A stretch of DNA of 64,000 nucleotides from Octopus vulgaris (GCA_951406725.2 OX597817.1:50592001-50656000), one strand, 5' to 3'; shown: positions 28,605-42,015, counted from the stretch's first letter. The notes: generated from the letters alone by a model not told the origin. Numbers and translations: made by a program.

Positions 28605-29221
28605 TAACTAATGTAGGATAAAAAATTTTTTCCCGAAAAATTTTTTATCGTACATTAGTTATTAACCAGCATATCAAAAAATACCTTTAAAGGTTAAATT
28701 TATAAATAATTTACAAAATGAGGGCAGAAGAAAAATTCTAATGCCAAATATGCCGAAAAAAAACAAAAATTGTCAATAACCATTATAATTTATGCATCTC
28801 GAAACAAACCGATAGAAATTTCTAAAAAATCCGTTATTACCGTATTGGTCCCAATTTCGGGGTTAATTCATAAGACGTTTCCCCTCTTCAGCGATAAATA
28901 CGTAAGATATAAGTGAAATACTTACTCATACCCATGGAAAAAGCAAGCACCAAGTCCTGAGCAGACCTAAGTACCCCAAATATATCCAAAATAGAAAATC
29001 TTCGGCACATCTCGAGACACATGTGATTCGTACTAGAAACTTTCACCGAGTGAGAGAATCCGGAAGTGAACACTATTGAATTTATAACTAATGTAGGATA
29101 AAAATTTATACGGGAAAAAAATTTATCAATGGCCAGCATATCAAAAAATACCTTTAAAGGTTAAATTTATAGATAATTTACAAAATGAGGACAGAAGAAA
29201 AATTCTAATGCCAAATATGCC
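28605..29221 (-). mobile_element. Hammerhead-bearing element, about 1.3 tandem monomers (480-nt period)
   Basis: TAACTAATGTAGGATAAAAA...GCCAAATATGCC occurs at 28605 and 29085. It abuts (TA)n and is a paralogue of 33550. Confidence 0.8.
28837..28897 (-). ncRNA. Type I hammerhead ribozyme with full stem III
   Basis: Minus strand: ttatcg-CTGAAGA-gggg[18 nt]cccc-GAAA-ttgg(ga)ccaa-TA-cggtaa. Confidence 0.85.
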
Positions 29222-29627
29222 TGGGAAGAAGTGCGTACAAATCCCTCACCATCTTCACAGGTATGAGATACCATCCTTTGTGGCCGAACTCCATAACCAA
29301 CTGGATGTATTTGGCACTATTCAAAGTTACTGTCAATTTTAACCAACTTTCTTGAACCATCACTTTTTATGTTTCCCCAAAGCATCAGACTCTTATTTCC
29401 CAAAATTCACTGTTTTTGTCGTGTAACGTGGGTCTTTTCGCTTGGTACTTATCTTATCCACCTAAAAAGTATGAGAGGCAAGATCGACCACGGTGGCACA
29501 GAGAACATATAGAGGGAAGGGAAAACTAAATCATGTGACACACCAGAGCGCCACATTCCTTAAATACCGATATTATTTGTGTTGTTGTTGTCGCCACAAC
29601 GATATCCTAATTCTTTAATTATCTTAA

Positions 29628-29766
29628 CGTGATGATGATGATGATGTTGATGATGAATGTGATGATGATGATGGTGGTGGTGATGATGATGATGACGACG
29701 ACGACGACAACGACGACGACGACAACGATGACGACGATGATGATATCGATGGCATCAGCGATGATA
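29628..29766. repeat. (GAT)n/(GAC)n trinucleotide microsatellite
   Basis: Seen directly in the sequence. Confidence 0.9.
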
Positions 29767-30807
29767 AAAATAGTAATTGTTAAAAATTTCGACACAAGCC
29801 CAGCATTTTATGGGGAGTTGCAAGTCTGTTACATCGGATCCGATATTTAACTAGTATTTTATTTTATCCACCTCGAACGGATGAATGGCAAAATTGTCTT
29901 CTATGGTTTCTGAAATCAAAATTTAAAGCATGAGAAGAAATACCCCTAAAACTTCTGTCATTTACGGTAATGATAATTTTTGTAATTCGATCCCAGGTCA
30001 ACTGATTTTTAAGAGAGAGGTTAAGCTGAATCCCATAAATTGTACATGACAGGTGATTTATTTCATCGATCAGAAAATGAAAAGGCAAAATTGATTTAAG
30101 AGTGTTTCGAATTCAGATCCTAAAAATAACACCACGCATTTCGTTCAACGCTGTAAAAATTTTCTCAGTCCACTGCTCTTATTGTTTCTAAGATGGATTC
30201 AAGATCTAAACTTTAAAGGGAGATTTAATTGCTTACATTGACCTTAAAACTTGGCTGGTACTTAGGGTTATCGACCCAGGAAGGGCCGGAAGCAATATGG
30301 AAAAGCCCTTGCTAAACATTGTTACAAGCATCCTAACGCTCCTGTCCATCTATCGCCACCTCGACAAATCCATTTATTTGTTGGTAGCCGGATGTATTCA
30401 AATACAGAAAATATCACTTAGCCGGGTTTATAAGTTCGATCATTTGTGGAATGAAAGTATGTAATCCTTCTCAAATTACCGAAAATTAATGCTAATTTTT
30501 ATATAAAAAAAAAAGTACATTATGTATCGCAATCGTCACAGTATATATTCTATAATCATTAAAATGTAATTAACTTTATTACCCATCTCATAGTCTTTGA
30601 GTTCATTAAGTTGACTTCTGGTGTATCAGATTACAAGAAAATCTCTTTGAGGCACACACACACGCGCACACACACACACGAACACACACGCATACACAAA
30701 CACACACACACACACATATACACATGTTTGTACGTATATACATACATATATGTTTACAAGTGAGATACATCATTAACGATGAAATTAATCACAATCTGGG
30801 AGAAACA

Positions 30808-30842
<35 letters not shown>

Positions 30843-31167
30843 GTGTGTGTGTGTATGTGTAAGTGTGTGGTGTGTTGTGTGTGTGTGTGTGTTTTCATAG
30901 AACGTTAACGAATCGAGAGAAATGAGAGAAAGTTCTTATTTTCTTTTAGATATTAATAGCTTTCTCCATGGAAGTTCTACTTTAAGAAAATGTTGTATAG
31001 TAGCAAATAGGCGCAGGAGTGGCTGTGTAAAAAACATACAGTTTTTATTTATATAAGAGAGGAAAAAAATGGAAATTGGGATGTCAATAATTGTTTATTA
31101 TTAACAGCAAATTAATCATCATCCCTTATAGCCGCTTCAATTAATCCTCAGTAAATATTAAGGAAAT

Positions 31168-31570
31168 AGGCGCAGGAGTGTCTCTGTGGTAAGTAGCTTG
31201 TTTACCAACCACATGGTTCCGGTTTCAGTCCCACTGCGTGGAACCTTGGACAAGTGTCTTCTACTATAGCCTCGGGCCGACCAAAGACTTGTGAGTGGAT
31301 TTCGTAGACGGTAACTGAAAGAAGCCCGTCGTATATATGTATATATATGCGTGTGTGTGTTTGTGTGTCTGTGTTTGTCCCCCTAGCATTGCTTGACAAC
31401 CGATGCTGGTGTGTTTATGTCCCCGTTACTTAGCGGTTCGGCAAAAGAGACCGATAGAATAAGTACTGGGCTTACAAAAGAATAAGTCCCCGGGTCGAGT
31501 TGCTCGATTAAAGGCGGTGCTCCAGCATGGCCGCAGTTGAATGACTGAAACAAGTAAAAGAGTAAAGAGT
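31168..31570 (+). mobile_element. SINE A, full length
   Basis: Family match. A lone head fragment also lies at 31008-31028. Confidence 0.85.
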
Positions 31571-32019
31571 ATATGTACGTATATACATATATATGCGCGG
31601 ATATGTGTATACGTGTAGATGTATGTCTATGTGTGAGTATATGTGTATCTCTGTGTATATGCATGGACGTACGGATACATATACATATATGTGTGTGTAT
31701 ATGTCTACGTGCTTACCTGCATAAAAATTTTCATAACTTTATTTATACCATATGAACGAATATTCCATTTTAATATTAGCTATAAACTTATTTTATTTAA
31801 ATTTTCTCTATCATCTCTATTTAATTCCTTCATTCATTTTCCTAATTCGATATACATACTCTGTCTTATCTCCAGTCAAATCATAAACCGCATCATTCAC
31901 ACTGCTATAATGAATCCATAAACACGCATAAAACATCCTAGGGTATTTTCATTTTCCCTCTGTAGGTATTATGCTCTGGTCATATAAATTTAATATTTAC
32001 TTAATATTTACTGAATATT

Positions 32020-32405
32020 TAAGGAGATAACCTGACAGAATCGTTAACACATCGGGCGAAATTCTTAGCGGTATTTCGTCTGCCGTTACGTTCTGAGTTC
32101 AAGTTCCGTCGAGGTCGACTTTGCTTTTCATCCTTTCGGGGTCGATAAATGAAATACCAGTTACGCACTGTGGTCGATATAATCGACTTAATCCGTTTGT
32201 CTTGTCCTTGTTTGTCCTCTCTGTGGGTAGTAAACAAATAAGTATTTCGTCTCTCTTTACGTTCTGAGTTCAAATTCCACCGAGACCGACATTGCCTTTC
32301 ATCTTTTCGAGGTCGATAAATTAAATACCAGTTGCGTTTTGGGGTCGGTCTTATCGACTGGCCAACTCCCTAAATATTTCGAGCCATGTGGCTAGAGTAG
32401 AAAAG
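32020..32405 (+). mobile_element. SINE C dimer (internal duplication)
   Basis: GTATTTCGTCT..TACGTTCTGAGTTCAA block occurs at about 32070 and 32242. Confidence 0.78.
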
Positions 32406-33549
32406 AAAATTTACAGAGTATTAATTGAAACAGCTGTAAGGGCTGATGATTAATTTGCTGTTAATAATAAACAATCATTAACTTCCCAATCTCCACTTTC
32501 TTTCAATTCTTTTATATATAAGGTTCCTCTTTCATTTGCGTGCTATCACATTATCGTGGCCCATTCACTCTTAATCTAGTCGAACATATGACAACTCCAA
32601 CGCAAAGCTCCTTCTCCAGTATGGAATTCACATTGAACAGTGGTAATAGTAACCTCTGCCTGATTTGAACTCAGATGACAGATACAAGGAACCGATTAGA
32701 AACACTCATATGTCTCCGCAACTCCGATAACCGTATTGAAGCTTTTAAATGCACGCTAGGAAATTATCACGCAGATAATATTGCATATATATATATGTAT
32801 ATATAATTATAATATGTATGTTATATATATTATATGTATGTGTAATATGTATGATATGAAAGTGTGATAGATAGCTGTATGCATATAAATGAATATAAAT
32901 ATACATGTGAGTGTGTGCCTGTGTGTGCATATATATTTACTCATGAATATAGACATGTATACAATTTTATATATCCATACATGCATATATAATACACATT
33001 TCTCAATTCATCCAATCCCCACATTCATGGAAAAGAGAGCAATTAGAATTAGTGGACACAAAAGTCGCCAAAAATACATTAATTCAATGATTGATATAAA
33101 TAAACGGTACATTTCTCAAAGGGGATATTTTTCGTGTTGTTTATTGTAAGAACACTCCGGAGAACCATTTGAGCAAATGAGAAAATAAAACGTTCGCTGT
33201 ATGATCAATTATATGTTAAAACTGGTATTAAAAACTGGTATTAAAAACTGGTATTAAAAGTCAGGTGTAAAGTGTAGGAATTCTTAAACTCATAAGGAAA
33301 AATGTGCTGTTTTGTTTTGTTTTTTTGTTTTTTTTCTTCTTGAAATTGCTTTTAATGTAAATAACGTTTAAACATATTATTTCAAGATGTGTCCCTTGAC
33401 GGCAACACTACATTTTAAACGATTTGAAAGATAAATATCTTCGTGAAATACATACATACATACATATGCACGTACGTACATACATGCATACATACATGCA
33501 TACAGGCATATGTAAATGTATATATAAATATATATTTATAAATATATAT

Positions 33550-33963
33550 CTAATATAGGATAAACTTTGTCGAAAAAATTTTATCAATGGCCAGCATATT
33601 AAAAAATACATTTAAAGGTTAAATTTATAAACAACTTATAAATAAGAGCAAAATAAAAAAAAATTAATGCCAAATATGCCGAAAATAGACAAATTGTCAA
33701 TAACCATATAATCTAACACTATAAACACGCGTCTCGAAATAAGCCGACAGAAATTTCTAAAAAGTTCCGTTATTATCGTATCGGTCCCAATTTCAGAGTT
33801 AATTCATACGAATTTTCTCCTCGTCAACGATAAATACGTAAGACATAAATGAAATACTTACTCATACCCATGGAAGAAACAAGCAGCAAGTCATGACGAT
33901 TTGTCTATTTTCGGCATATTTGGCATTAGAATATTTTTTTCTTTTGCCCTTGTTTATAAGTTG
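33550..33963 (-). mobile_element. Hammerhead-bearing fold-back element (paralogue of 28605)
   Basis: Body 33550-33895 is homologous to 28605-28960. An inverted fragment 33896-33963 pairs with about 33630-33700. Flanks are TA-rich. Confidence 0.78.
33773..33833 (-). ncRNA. Type I hammerhead ribozyme (UUGACGA variant)
   Basis: Minus strand: ttatcg-TTGACGA-ggag[18 nt]ctct-GAAA-ttgg(ga)ccga-TA-cgataa. The stem changes relative to the 28837 copy preserve pairing. Confidence 0.8.
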
Positions 33964-34123
33964 TGTATAAATATACATATATATATGTGTGTGAATATAC
34001 ATATATATGTATATATTTGTACATATATATATACATATATGTATACATATAGATGTATATATACATGTATATATGAATGTATATATATGTATATATATGC
34101 ATATATATATACATGTATATATA

Positions 34124-34178
<55 letters not shown>

Positions 34179-34179
34179 T

Positions 34180-34655
34180 ACTCAACTCATGCAAGTGAAC
34201 TCTTACAAATCCACCGCAGTTTCACTTCCAGAGCTTCCTTGCAAATGGCAAATTCCCAGACGAACTAAAGGAAGAGATAATATGCCCTATCCATAAGGGA
34301 GGAAGCAAAGCAGATGCTAAAAATTATAGGCCTATCTCTCTGACTCCACACATCACTAAAGTCTTGGAACGAATAGTCCGCTAGAAACTAATCACGTTCC
34401 TAGAATAAAATGACTTGCCGACTGAAACCCAACATATATTCGTCCAGATATAATGTGTCTGGCACAACTAAGCGTGAATGTAATATATCTCGACTATACA
34501 AAAGCTTCTGACAAAGTTGACCATGGTATGATATGTCACAAACTGCACAATCTCGGTATATGCGGAAAACTTGGAGAATGGCTGCATAACTTTCCAAAGC
34601 ATAGATGTAAGAAAGTAGTGGCCAATGGGACCACCTCCAAGGAAACGCAAATAGC
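34180..34655 (+). pseudogene. CR1-group LINE reverse transcriptase fragment
   Basis: NYRPISLTPHITKVLERIV...VIYLDYTKASDKVDHGMICHKLHNLGICGKLGEWLHNF, with stops. Confidence 0.85.
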
Positions 34656-34800
34656 GTAACTGGTACTTATTTAATCGACCCCGAAAGGATGAAAAGCAAA
34701 GTCGACCTCGACGGAATTTGAACTCAGAACGTAGCGGTAGACGAAATACGGCTACGCATTTTCGCCCGGCGTGCTAACGTTTCTACCAGCTCGCCGCCTT
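34654..34800 (-). mobile_element. SINE C
   Basis: Family match. Confidence 0.8.
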
Positions 34801-35494
34801 ACTTTATTGGTAGAATATTAAGCACATTACACGCCTACATCTAACACATGTTATTCCCGAAATCAACTTCGTCCTTCATCCTTTTGAGGTTACACAAAAT
34901 TTTAAGCACTATGGTGGCGGATTAACAAAAAATGTATTCGGCCCCTTTCTGGCTACGTGGTTGCATTTATTGGGGGTCATTCAATACCAAACATTCTTGC
35001 CGTGTCTTCGGCTAGAGAATACATTCCTACATTAATCTTAGCTCTCTCGGGGACCCTAATAAAATCTCATGGGTAATGCTTTTCCTTTCGACTAAAATAT
35101 TTCTCTTTTTATTTGAAAGTTAATCCGCACCGTTCCTCGGTATCTTATACGGCTGCTACAACGGTTTTCTTCCTCTCAAATAAAGTGTATTACATAGAAT
35201 GATGCCAAACAGATGCACACATTTCTCTAATTATCACCACCCTAACTATTTTCAGAATTTTGTTCCGTTGAACTATTTGCCAAAACTCTTCCAAAATCTC
35301 ATTGGTCTACAACAACATCTGTACTTGCATTTCCAGTTCAGACACCGCTCCACAGGTTTTATGCTTAACATTCACCACTTCGACTTTGCCAGTAACAGAA
35401 TATCGTAGAAGGTAATTAGCACCACAAGTCTTCCATATCCTGCAATTAATAATATATCTAATAGAAACTGCAAGCCTGTATTCTCGCTTTTACT

Positions 35495-35893
35495 CTCTTT
35501 TATTTGTCTCAGCCATTTGACTACGGCCATGCTGGAGCACCGCTTTTAATCGCGCAAATCGACACCAGGACTTATTCCATCAGTCACTTTTGTCGAACCG
35601 CCAAGTTACGGGAACGTAATCACACCAGCATCTGTTGTCAAGCGATGGTGGGGGTACAAACACAGACACACGAACATATACACACAAACACACAAACGCA
35701 TACACACAAACATATGTATATATATATACGACGGGTTTATTTCAGTTTCCGTCTACCAAATCCACTCACAAGGCTTTGGTCGGCCGGAGGATATAGCAGA
35801 AAACACTTGCCCAAGGTGCCACGCAGTACGACTGAACCTAGAACCATGCGGTTGGGAAGCAAGCTACTTACCACACAACCACTCCTGCGCCTA
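35495..35893 (-). mobile_element. SINE A
   Basis: Family match. Confidence 0.82.
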
Positions 35894-36842
35894 TATACTA
35901 ACAATCAAGCTATAAACTAGTATACATTGCTAAGTTTTAGCAGCCTTTAGTATTTCATAAACTCTAGATGAATATCTTATACACGCTCTCTTTAAAAAGT
36001 ATTTATATGGCTAAACATATATATTTACGAATTTTATAAATACTGTTCACAATTTCCTATAGCTATTGAACGAAAATATTTTAAAGCAAACGTTAAAATA
36101 TTTACATCTGCTCAATGAGAATACTAGCATATTGTATAAGTTGATAATTTTCACGAGTAGACATACGTGCAGTTGTGTATGTATGCAACACACAGATAAA
36201 TATACTGTCAAATACGCATATATGAGTGTATGTGCGTATGTATAAATATATATATGTATATATATGCGTTTCTGTTATAAAACTGTTTGGCATGTTCTCA
36301 GCACATGAAACTAAAAGTAGCACTTAACATATATTGTGTATATTAAATAATATTTATCTCTCACCAGATGGCCTGCGTTTTTGCTGATCTTACTGTCAAG
36401 TGCACTATATATATATATATATTTATGTGTGTATGTGTGTGTGTGTCTTTATCTCATACATAACTTGGGTGTTGTGTTAGAACACAGAATACTGGGTTAT
36501 TTATTTCGAGAGCATCATTCATATAGACTCGTGGACCACTCAAGCTAAATAACGCAGTATTCTTTGTTCTAACACAACATCGAAGTTGCGTTGGAGTCAA
36601 AGATTGCCTCTAGGTACCAATAATGATTCTGTCGTTATAGAATTATAAACAGATAGAGAGAAGGAGATAGAGAAAGAGAGGGGAGAGATAAGAGAGATCG
36701 AAATTTTATTACGTCACCTGGATCCAAGTCTGGGGAAGACATTAAAATACGATAAACATGATTTTTATCCACGATCAATCAGATTATGAAACTAAGATTT
36801 AGGTTTTGGTTCAAGTTAATTGAATTTAATCATATATCTCTA

Positions 36843-38829
36843 TCTCTTCTCTATATATAAACCTGAAATGCGTTTTTACCGCTTGGATCGCTTTCAATGC
36901 CACTACGTCCCGTCCGATTCGCTCCAAAATTTACAGGGACATGTAGAATGAGGTGACGATGCTCGTGGGCTACCTTTGAAATCCCTATCTTAAAAAGTGT
37001 GGTTGCTAGGGGCCATCTTCCGCACTCACGCTATTTCCTCCTTTCCCTCTCTTACTCCCCTTCATATATAACTTTAAGAGATCCACTACCGTTATTTAAA
37101 GTATCTGTCACTCTCGCTATTTCCTCTCTTTTTCACTGACTCTGTTTCCTACCTTCCCATCACTTCGGCGGCGTTCTTTTAAGTATCTGTCTGTCACCAA
37201 CAACACACGAGCATGAGAACAAATATTATGAATCAGATATTCTTGCGTTCATTTATATATGTGTGTGTGTGTGTGTTCTATATATAAATATGTATATATA
37301 ATGTATGTGTGTGTGTGTGTGTGTTCTATATATAGATATGTATATATAATGTATATATACAAAGTGTATATATCTGTATTTAAACAAATTATAAATATAA
37401 TTTAATAATTTTTATTTTCAATTTAAATAATTTAAATTTTTCAATTTTATATTTTATATATTTTCTATAATATATTTTTTTATGTTTTTGTTTTTGGATT
37501 TTCACTGTTTGATTTGCCTATTAGTGGTTTTCTCTCTAATTTAATTTATACAGATATATATCTCATTTGTATACATTTGTATATATAATGCGTGCACACA
37601 CACACACACACACACACATATGTACATATATATATATATATATGTGTGTGTGCATTACGTAGTCGGTCGATTCAGCTGAAAATATGCACACCTATGTTAA
37701 AAGTGGTGGCAAGTTTGCATGACAACTATTTTTTTCCTCAAATGAAAGGCGTCACCTCTAGGAAAAAATTCCTCATCTTATAAAATGTGGCCCCAGTAGA
37801 CCCGAATGAAATCGGGTTATATAAACCAAAATGTGAAAAGGGGTCTAAATGGGGCTGGAAGGGCATTAAAATTTCAAGGAGCGGGTGTTTAGGAATTCTC
37901 TGTTACATCAAGCTAAAAAATTTGCGCCAGCCTTTTAATCGTCAATGTGTTGCCGTCCATGATAAAGAAGTTTTGAATGCTTGCCATGGTGAGTTTACTG
38001 TCATGAGAAAGAATCACTTCAAAACTTCGTGTTTACGAATTTTCTTTTACATCAAGTTCAAAATTTTACGCCAGCCGTTAAACTGTCAATACGTTGTTGT
38101 TCGTCGTTAAGAAATACCAGCCATGGTGACTCTACTATCCTCAGATTCTATCCCTTCAAACTTTGGTTTCCAATATTTTATTATTTTTATTGAGCTCGCA
38201 AGTTCGTCTGTCCCTTTTAAATGTTAGCGTTTTGCTGTCTGCCTTGAAGCAGACCTTTCCGTTGCCACTGCCTGATATTTATAATTGATCTTTCTAAATA
38301 TTTTATTTCTCAACCTACTCAAGATCTTCTGTTGTTTATAAATGGGAGAGAGATAGATAAAGATAGAGAGTAAGAGAAAGCAAGGGAGAGTCCGAGAGAA
38401 AAGAAAAGTAAGAGAGTGGGAAAGTGAGAGAGAAAGGAGAGAGAAACAAAGACGGAGAATCATCACCATCATCATGGTCCGTTTTCCGTGCTAGCACGGG
38501 TTGGACAATATGACCGGGGTCTGGGAAGCCAGGAGGCTGCACCAGGCTCCAGTTTGATCTGGCAGTGTTTCTACAGGTGGATGACCTTCCTAACACCAAC
38601 CACTCTGTGAGTGTAGTGGGTGCTTTTTTCGTGCCGCCGGCACAGGTGCCAGGGGAGCTCGCAACGGCAACGATCGGTTGGTGCTTTTTACGTGACACCG
38701 GCACAGAAGCAAGTCAAGGCGGCGCTGCAATCGGCCACGTTCAGATGGTGCTTTTTACGTGCTGAAAGGAAGCAACAGAAAGTAACAACCACACTTTTAC
38801 GCGCGCGTAGAGCGGGTCACCTTCAGCTA

Positions 38830-38830
<1 letters not shown>
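36843..38830 (+). mobile_element. Non-autonomous Helitron (older)
   Basis: 5' A|TCTCTTCTCTATATATAAACC...CCGATTCGCTCCAAAATTT. 3' GC-rich degenerate hairpin ACGCGCGCGTAGAGCGGGT followed by CTAG|T. Confidence 0.6.
38458..38765 (-). mobile_element. Retroposon 3' end (RTE-like tail) nested in the Helitron
   Basis: Minus strand GGTGTTAGGAAGGTCATCCACCTGTAGAAA...CCAACCCGTGCTAGCACGGAAAACGGAC plus a (TGA)n tail. Confidence 0.55.
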
Positions 38831-38860
<30 letters not shown>

Positions 38861-38874
38861 TATATATATATATA

Positions 38875-39830
38875 TATATATAAAAACGGCAGTTTGTCTG
38901 TCTGTGTGTCTGTGTGTCTGTCAGGTTGTACCCTCACCCTGACCACGGCTTTCAACCGATTCTGATGAAACTTGACACACACATAGCCCAATGTCATAAA
39001 TAAAAACTAACGCAGCGAAAATTTTGAAAAGTTCCCTCAGTTCTGGGAAAAAATCAATAAATTCCACATGGGGTCGAGAATCAGAAACACAAACCACAGA
39101 CTGTCTAGGGGACGCAACTCGAACTTTTTAACTCTCAACTCCATCAATATCCAGCTACATGAAGCTATTCCTGGTGATATCCACGTCTACAAATCTATTG
39201 ATAGGACAGCAGATCCCGCCGAGCTTGCCGATTATCCTGTTGAATTTCTGAATTCACTTGAACCGCCAGGCCTGCCGCCACACATCCTGAAGTTAAAAGT
39301 CGGTGCGCCCATTATGCTCATCAGGAATTTGGTTCCACCTAAACAGTGCAACGGCACACGTCTGGTTGTGAAACATTTGCCACCACATTTAATAACGGCC
39401 ACAATACTTACCGGTTGTGGGAAGGGAGAGGACGTCTTCATTCCACGCATGCACCTTCAACCGTCGGGCGCTGACCGACCAATCCACTTCAGGAGTTCTC
39501 AGTTTCCTGTTAAACTCTGCTTCGCAATGTCCATCAATAAATCCCAAGGCCAAACGCTACAAGTCGCTGGGTTACAGTTGGGCAAACAGTGCTTCGCCCA
39601 CGGTCAACTCTATGTGGGCTGTTCACGCGTTGGGAGGCACAATGATGTTTTCATGTTTTCGCCCAAAGAGACAGCTAGGAACATCGTATACACAGAAGTA
39701 TACCAGTGAAGAGAAGACATTGCAACCTACACATGCGCCTTCGTTCCCTAGAGGGAAAGGACTAGATTGGGATTAGCCGTTGCCTACTAGGGGCTCTTAC
39801 ATACCCGGGCAACGCTGGGCTATGCTGCTA

Positions 39831-39831
<1 letters not shown>
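38875..39831 (+). mobile_element. Internally deleted Helitron retaining the RepHel helicase C-terminus
   Basis: Left end shared with the 4168/5210 copies. 3' hairpin CCCGGGCAACGCTGGG then CTAG|T at 39828-39831. Confidence 0.9.
39068..39709 (+). CDS. Helitron PIF1-like SF1 helicase C-terminal fragment (213-aa open frame)
   Basis: Motifs YPVEFLNSLEPPGLPPHILKLKVGAPIMLIRNL, CNGTRL, QFPVKLCFAMSINKSQGQTL and FAHGQLYVGCSRV. The first ~22 aa come from the non-coding left end. Confidence 0.85.
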   Translation: MGSRIRNTNHRLSRGRNSNFLTLNSINIQLHEAIPGDIHVYKSIDRTADPAELADYPVEFLNSLEPPGLPPHILKLKVGAPIMLIRNLVPPKQCNGTRLVVKHLPPHLITATILTGCGKGEDVFIPRMHLQPSGADRPIHFRSSQFPVKLCFAMSINKSQGQTLQVAGLQLGKQCFAHGQLYVGCSRVGRHNDVFMFSPKETARNIVYTEVYQ

Positions 39832-39870
<39 letters not shown>

Positions 39871-39969
39871 GTATGTACGTATGTATGTATGTATGTATGT
39901 ATGTATGTATGTATGTATGTATGTATGTATGTATGTGTATGTATGTATATGTATGTATATGTATGTATG

Positions 39970-40022
<53 letters not shown>

Positions 40023-40045
40023 GTATGTATGTATGTGTGTGTGTG

Positions 40046-40918
40046 TGTGATCTGATCAATAAGTATACGGACTTTTGACATACCATAGTAACGAAGCTAA
40101 AGTACTCGAAGTAAGCCGCTTGGCATAAATTCACCTTGAGCTCTGCTGGGCATGCGTATTAAGTTTTAACGTTCTGGCTCACTTCTGCTGTTTACAGCAG
40201 TGCTTGGAAAGCACGTGTGTAGCGTGTGATCGTCGCGTTGACCGCGACAGAGAAAGTTGAGCAGAGAATCTGCATCAAATTTTGCCAAATTTTGCCTGCT
40301 CAGAGGCCAATGCAAAGTTTTCAAAATGTTTTCCTCGTTCTCGACACAATCAAGGAGATCTTGGCCAACTGAAACCCGAGTGTCAGCTGAAAGCAGTTTT
40401 GACACAAACTTGGTAGACATGCGTCTCATACCCAAATCTTCGGTGATAATAGACTGAAGTGTACCGTAACTAATCTGCACATCCTCTGACAACTCAGAGA
40501 TGGTGATTCGACGATTCCCCCTCACAACTGCACGCACATCTGCAATATTTTTCTCAGATCAGCTGGTTGCGGCTCGCGCAGAACGTTCGCCAATCAGCAT
40601 TTTTTCAGCCATCTTGGAAACGTCTGAATTGCTCGTGCATATGTGCGGTTCATACACTCCTCTCCATATAGTTTCTGCAACTTTGCGTGAGCCTCTTAGC
40701 AGGTATCACCATGACAACTTTCCTTCTCATGGTCGATGTGACGATCACACGCTACACAGCTTCCTTCCAAGCCGTAAACAGCGGAAGTGAGCTAGAACGT
40801 TAAAGCTTAGAGCACGTGTAGAACAGAGATGAAGGTCAATCTTTACCAAGCGGCTTTACTCTGTGTGCTTTAGCTTCGCTACTATGGCAACAGTCCTGAT
40901 AATTATTGATCAGACCTC
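40046..40918. mobile_element. Mariner derivative made of two inverted 5' ends
   Basis: About 200-bp imperfect inverted termini (GATCTGATCAATAA.../...TTATTGATCAGACC). The plus strand gives KVEQRICIKFCQ at about 40254. The minus strand gives the transposase HTH region NRRITISELSEDVQISYGTLQSIITEDLGMRRMSTKFVSKLLS. Confidence 0.8.
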
Positions 40919-40940
40919 CTAGGTGTGTGTGTGTGTGTGT

Positions 40941-41262
40941 AGGCACATGTCCTAGTGTTTGGGGCAGCGGACTCGCGGTCGAGGGATCGCGGGCTCGAAC
41001 CTCAGACCGAGGGATGTGTGTGTTTATGAGCGAAACACCTAAGATCCCCCCGGCTCCAGCCGAAGGTAATGGCGAACTTCTTCTGACTCTCTCGCCACAA
41101 CTTTCTCTCACTCTTTCCCTCTCATGGTCAATATGACTCTTTCCAACCGCAGCTCATCTGCGAGGACCGGCATCCTGTCCAGGTGGGGAAACTATGCGTC
41201 AAGGAAACCGGGAAACCGGCCCTAATGAGACAGGCGTGGCTCGAGAATGAACAAACAACAAT
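40941..41262 (+). mobile_element. SINE B (tail type 3)
   Basis: Diverged B head. The tail ends GGCTCGAGAATGAACAAACAAC. Confidence 0.72.
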
Positions 41263-41265
41263 ATC

Positions 41266-41310
<45 letters not shown>

Positions 41311-41975
41311 AGATTCAGCAAAAGATGTACTCTATCCAGTATAAAAGTATGCACTGAGCCAGAAAGATAGCTTGAAGACAACATTACTTCAATTACGTAA
41401 ACCTGCCAAGTTATTGTATCTCTACAGCATGTTCATTTTTAAATTGTGAGCACAAACATATGATCTGTATATAGTGAATGAAAATGCATAGTTGAATACT
41501 GCGTGTAACATATGCAGCTGCACATTTTCTATGCAGCAGAAACACATGGTGGTTATCTTGAAAGATTACGCTTGCTAATTACCTGTTAAAATTTTTTTTT
41601 TAATTTGAAGATGTTCCAATGTCCGTAATTCCTGTAATTGCTTTGAGTCTCTCCCTCGCTATTTCTCTCTCTCTCTCTCTCCCTGTCTTTCTCTCTTTCC
41701 CTCCCCCCTCTCTCTCTCTCGGACTTACTTTCACATGGTAGGAAAGTTGAACTGTAAAATTTTATGCTGCTTTTTTATTCTCTTTCTTCATCTCATTCCT
41801 TTCTTCTACCCTCTGTGTCGTCATTTCATTAATCTGTGCCCTTTTCATTTCCTCCATTTGCCTCCGATAACGGAATATCCCATAGTCTGGGATATCACTT
41901 TGAACTTTTCCAATAATAATAACGTATATGCCTTAAGTTGTTTGTCTTGCTTTAACGTTACTTGTCCGCTTTAAC

Positions 41976-42015
<40 letters not shown>

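Noticed and set aside
35290-35445. Possible minus-strand exon after ...TTGCAG
   Set aside because: The frame is short and ends in a stop, with no recognisable domain, partner exons or donor site.
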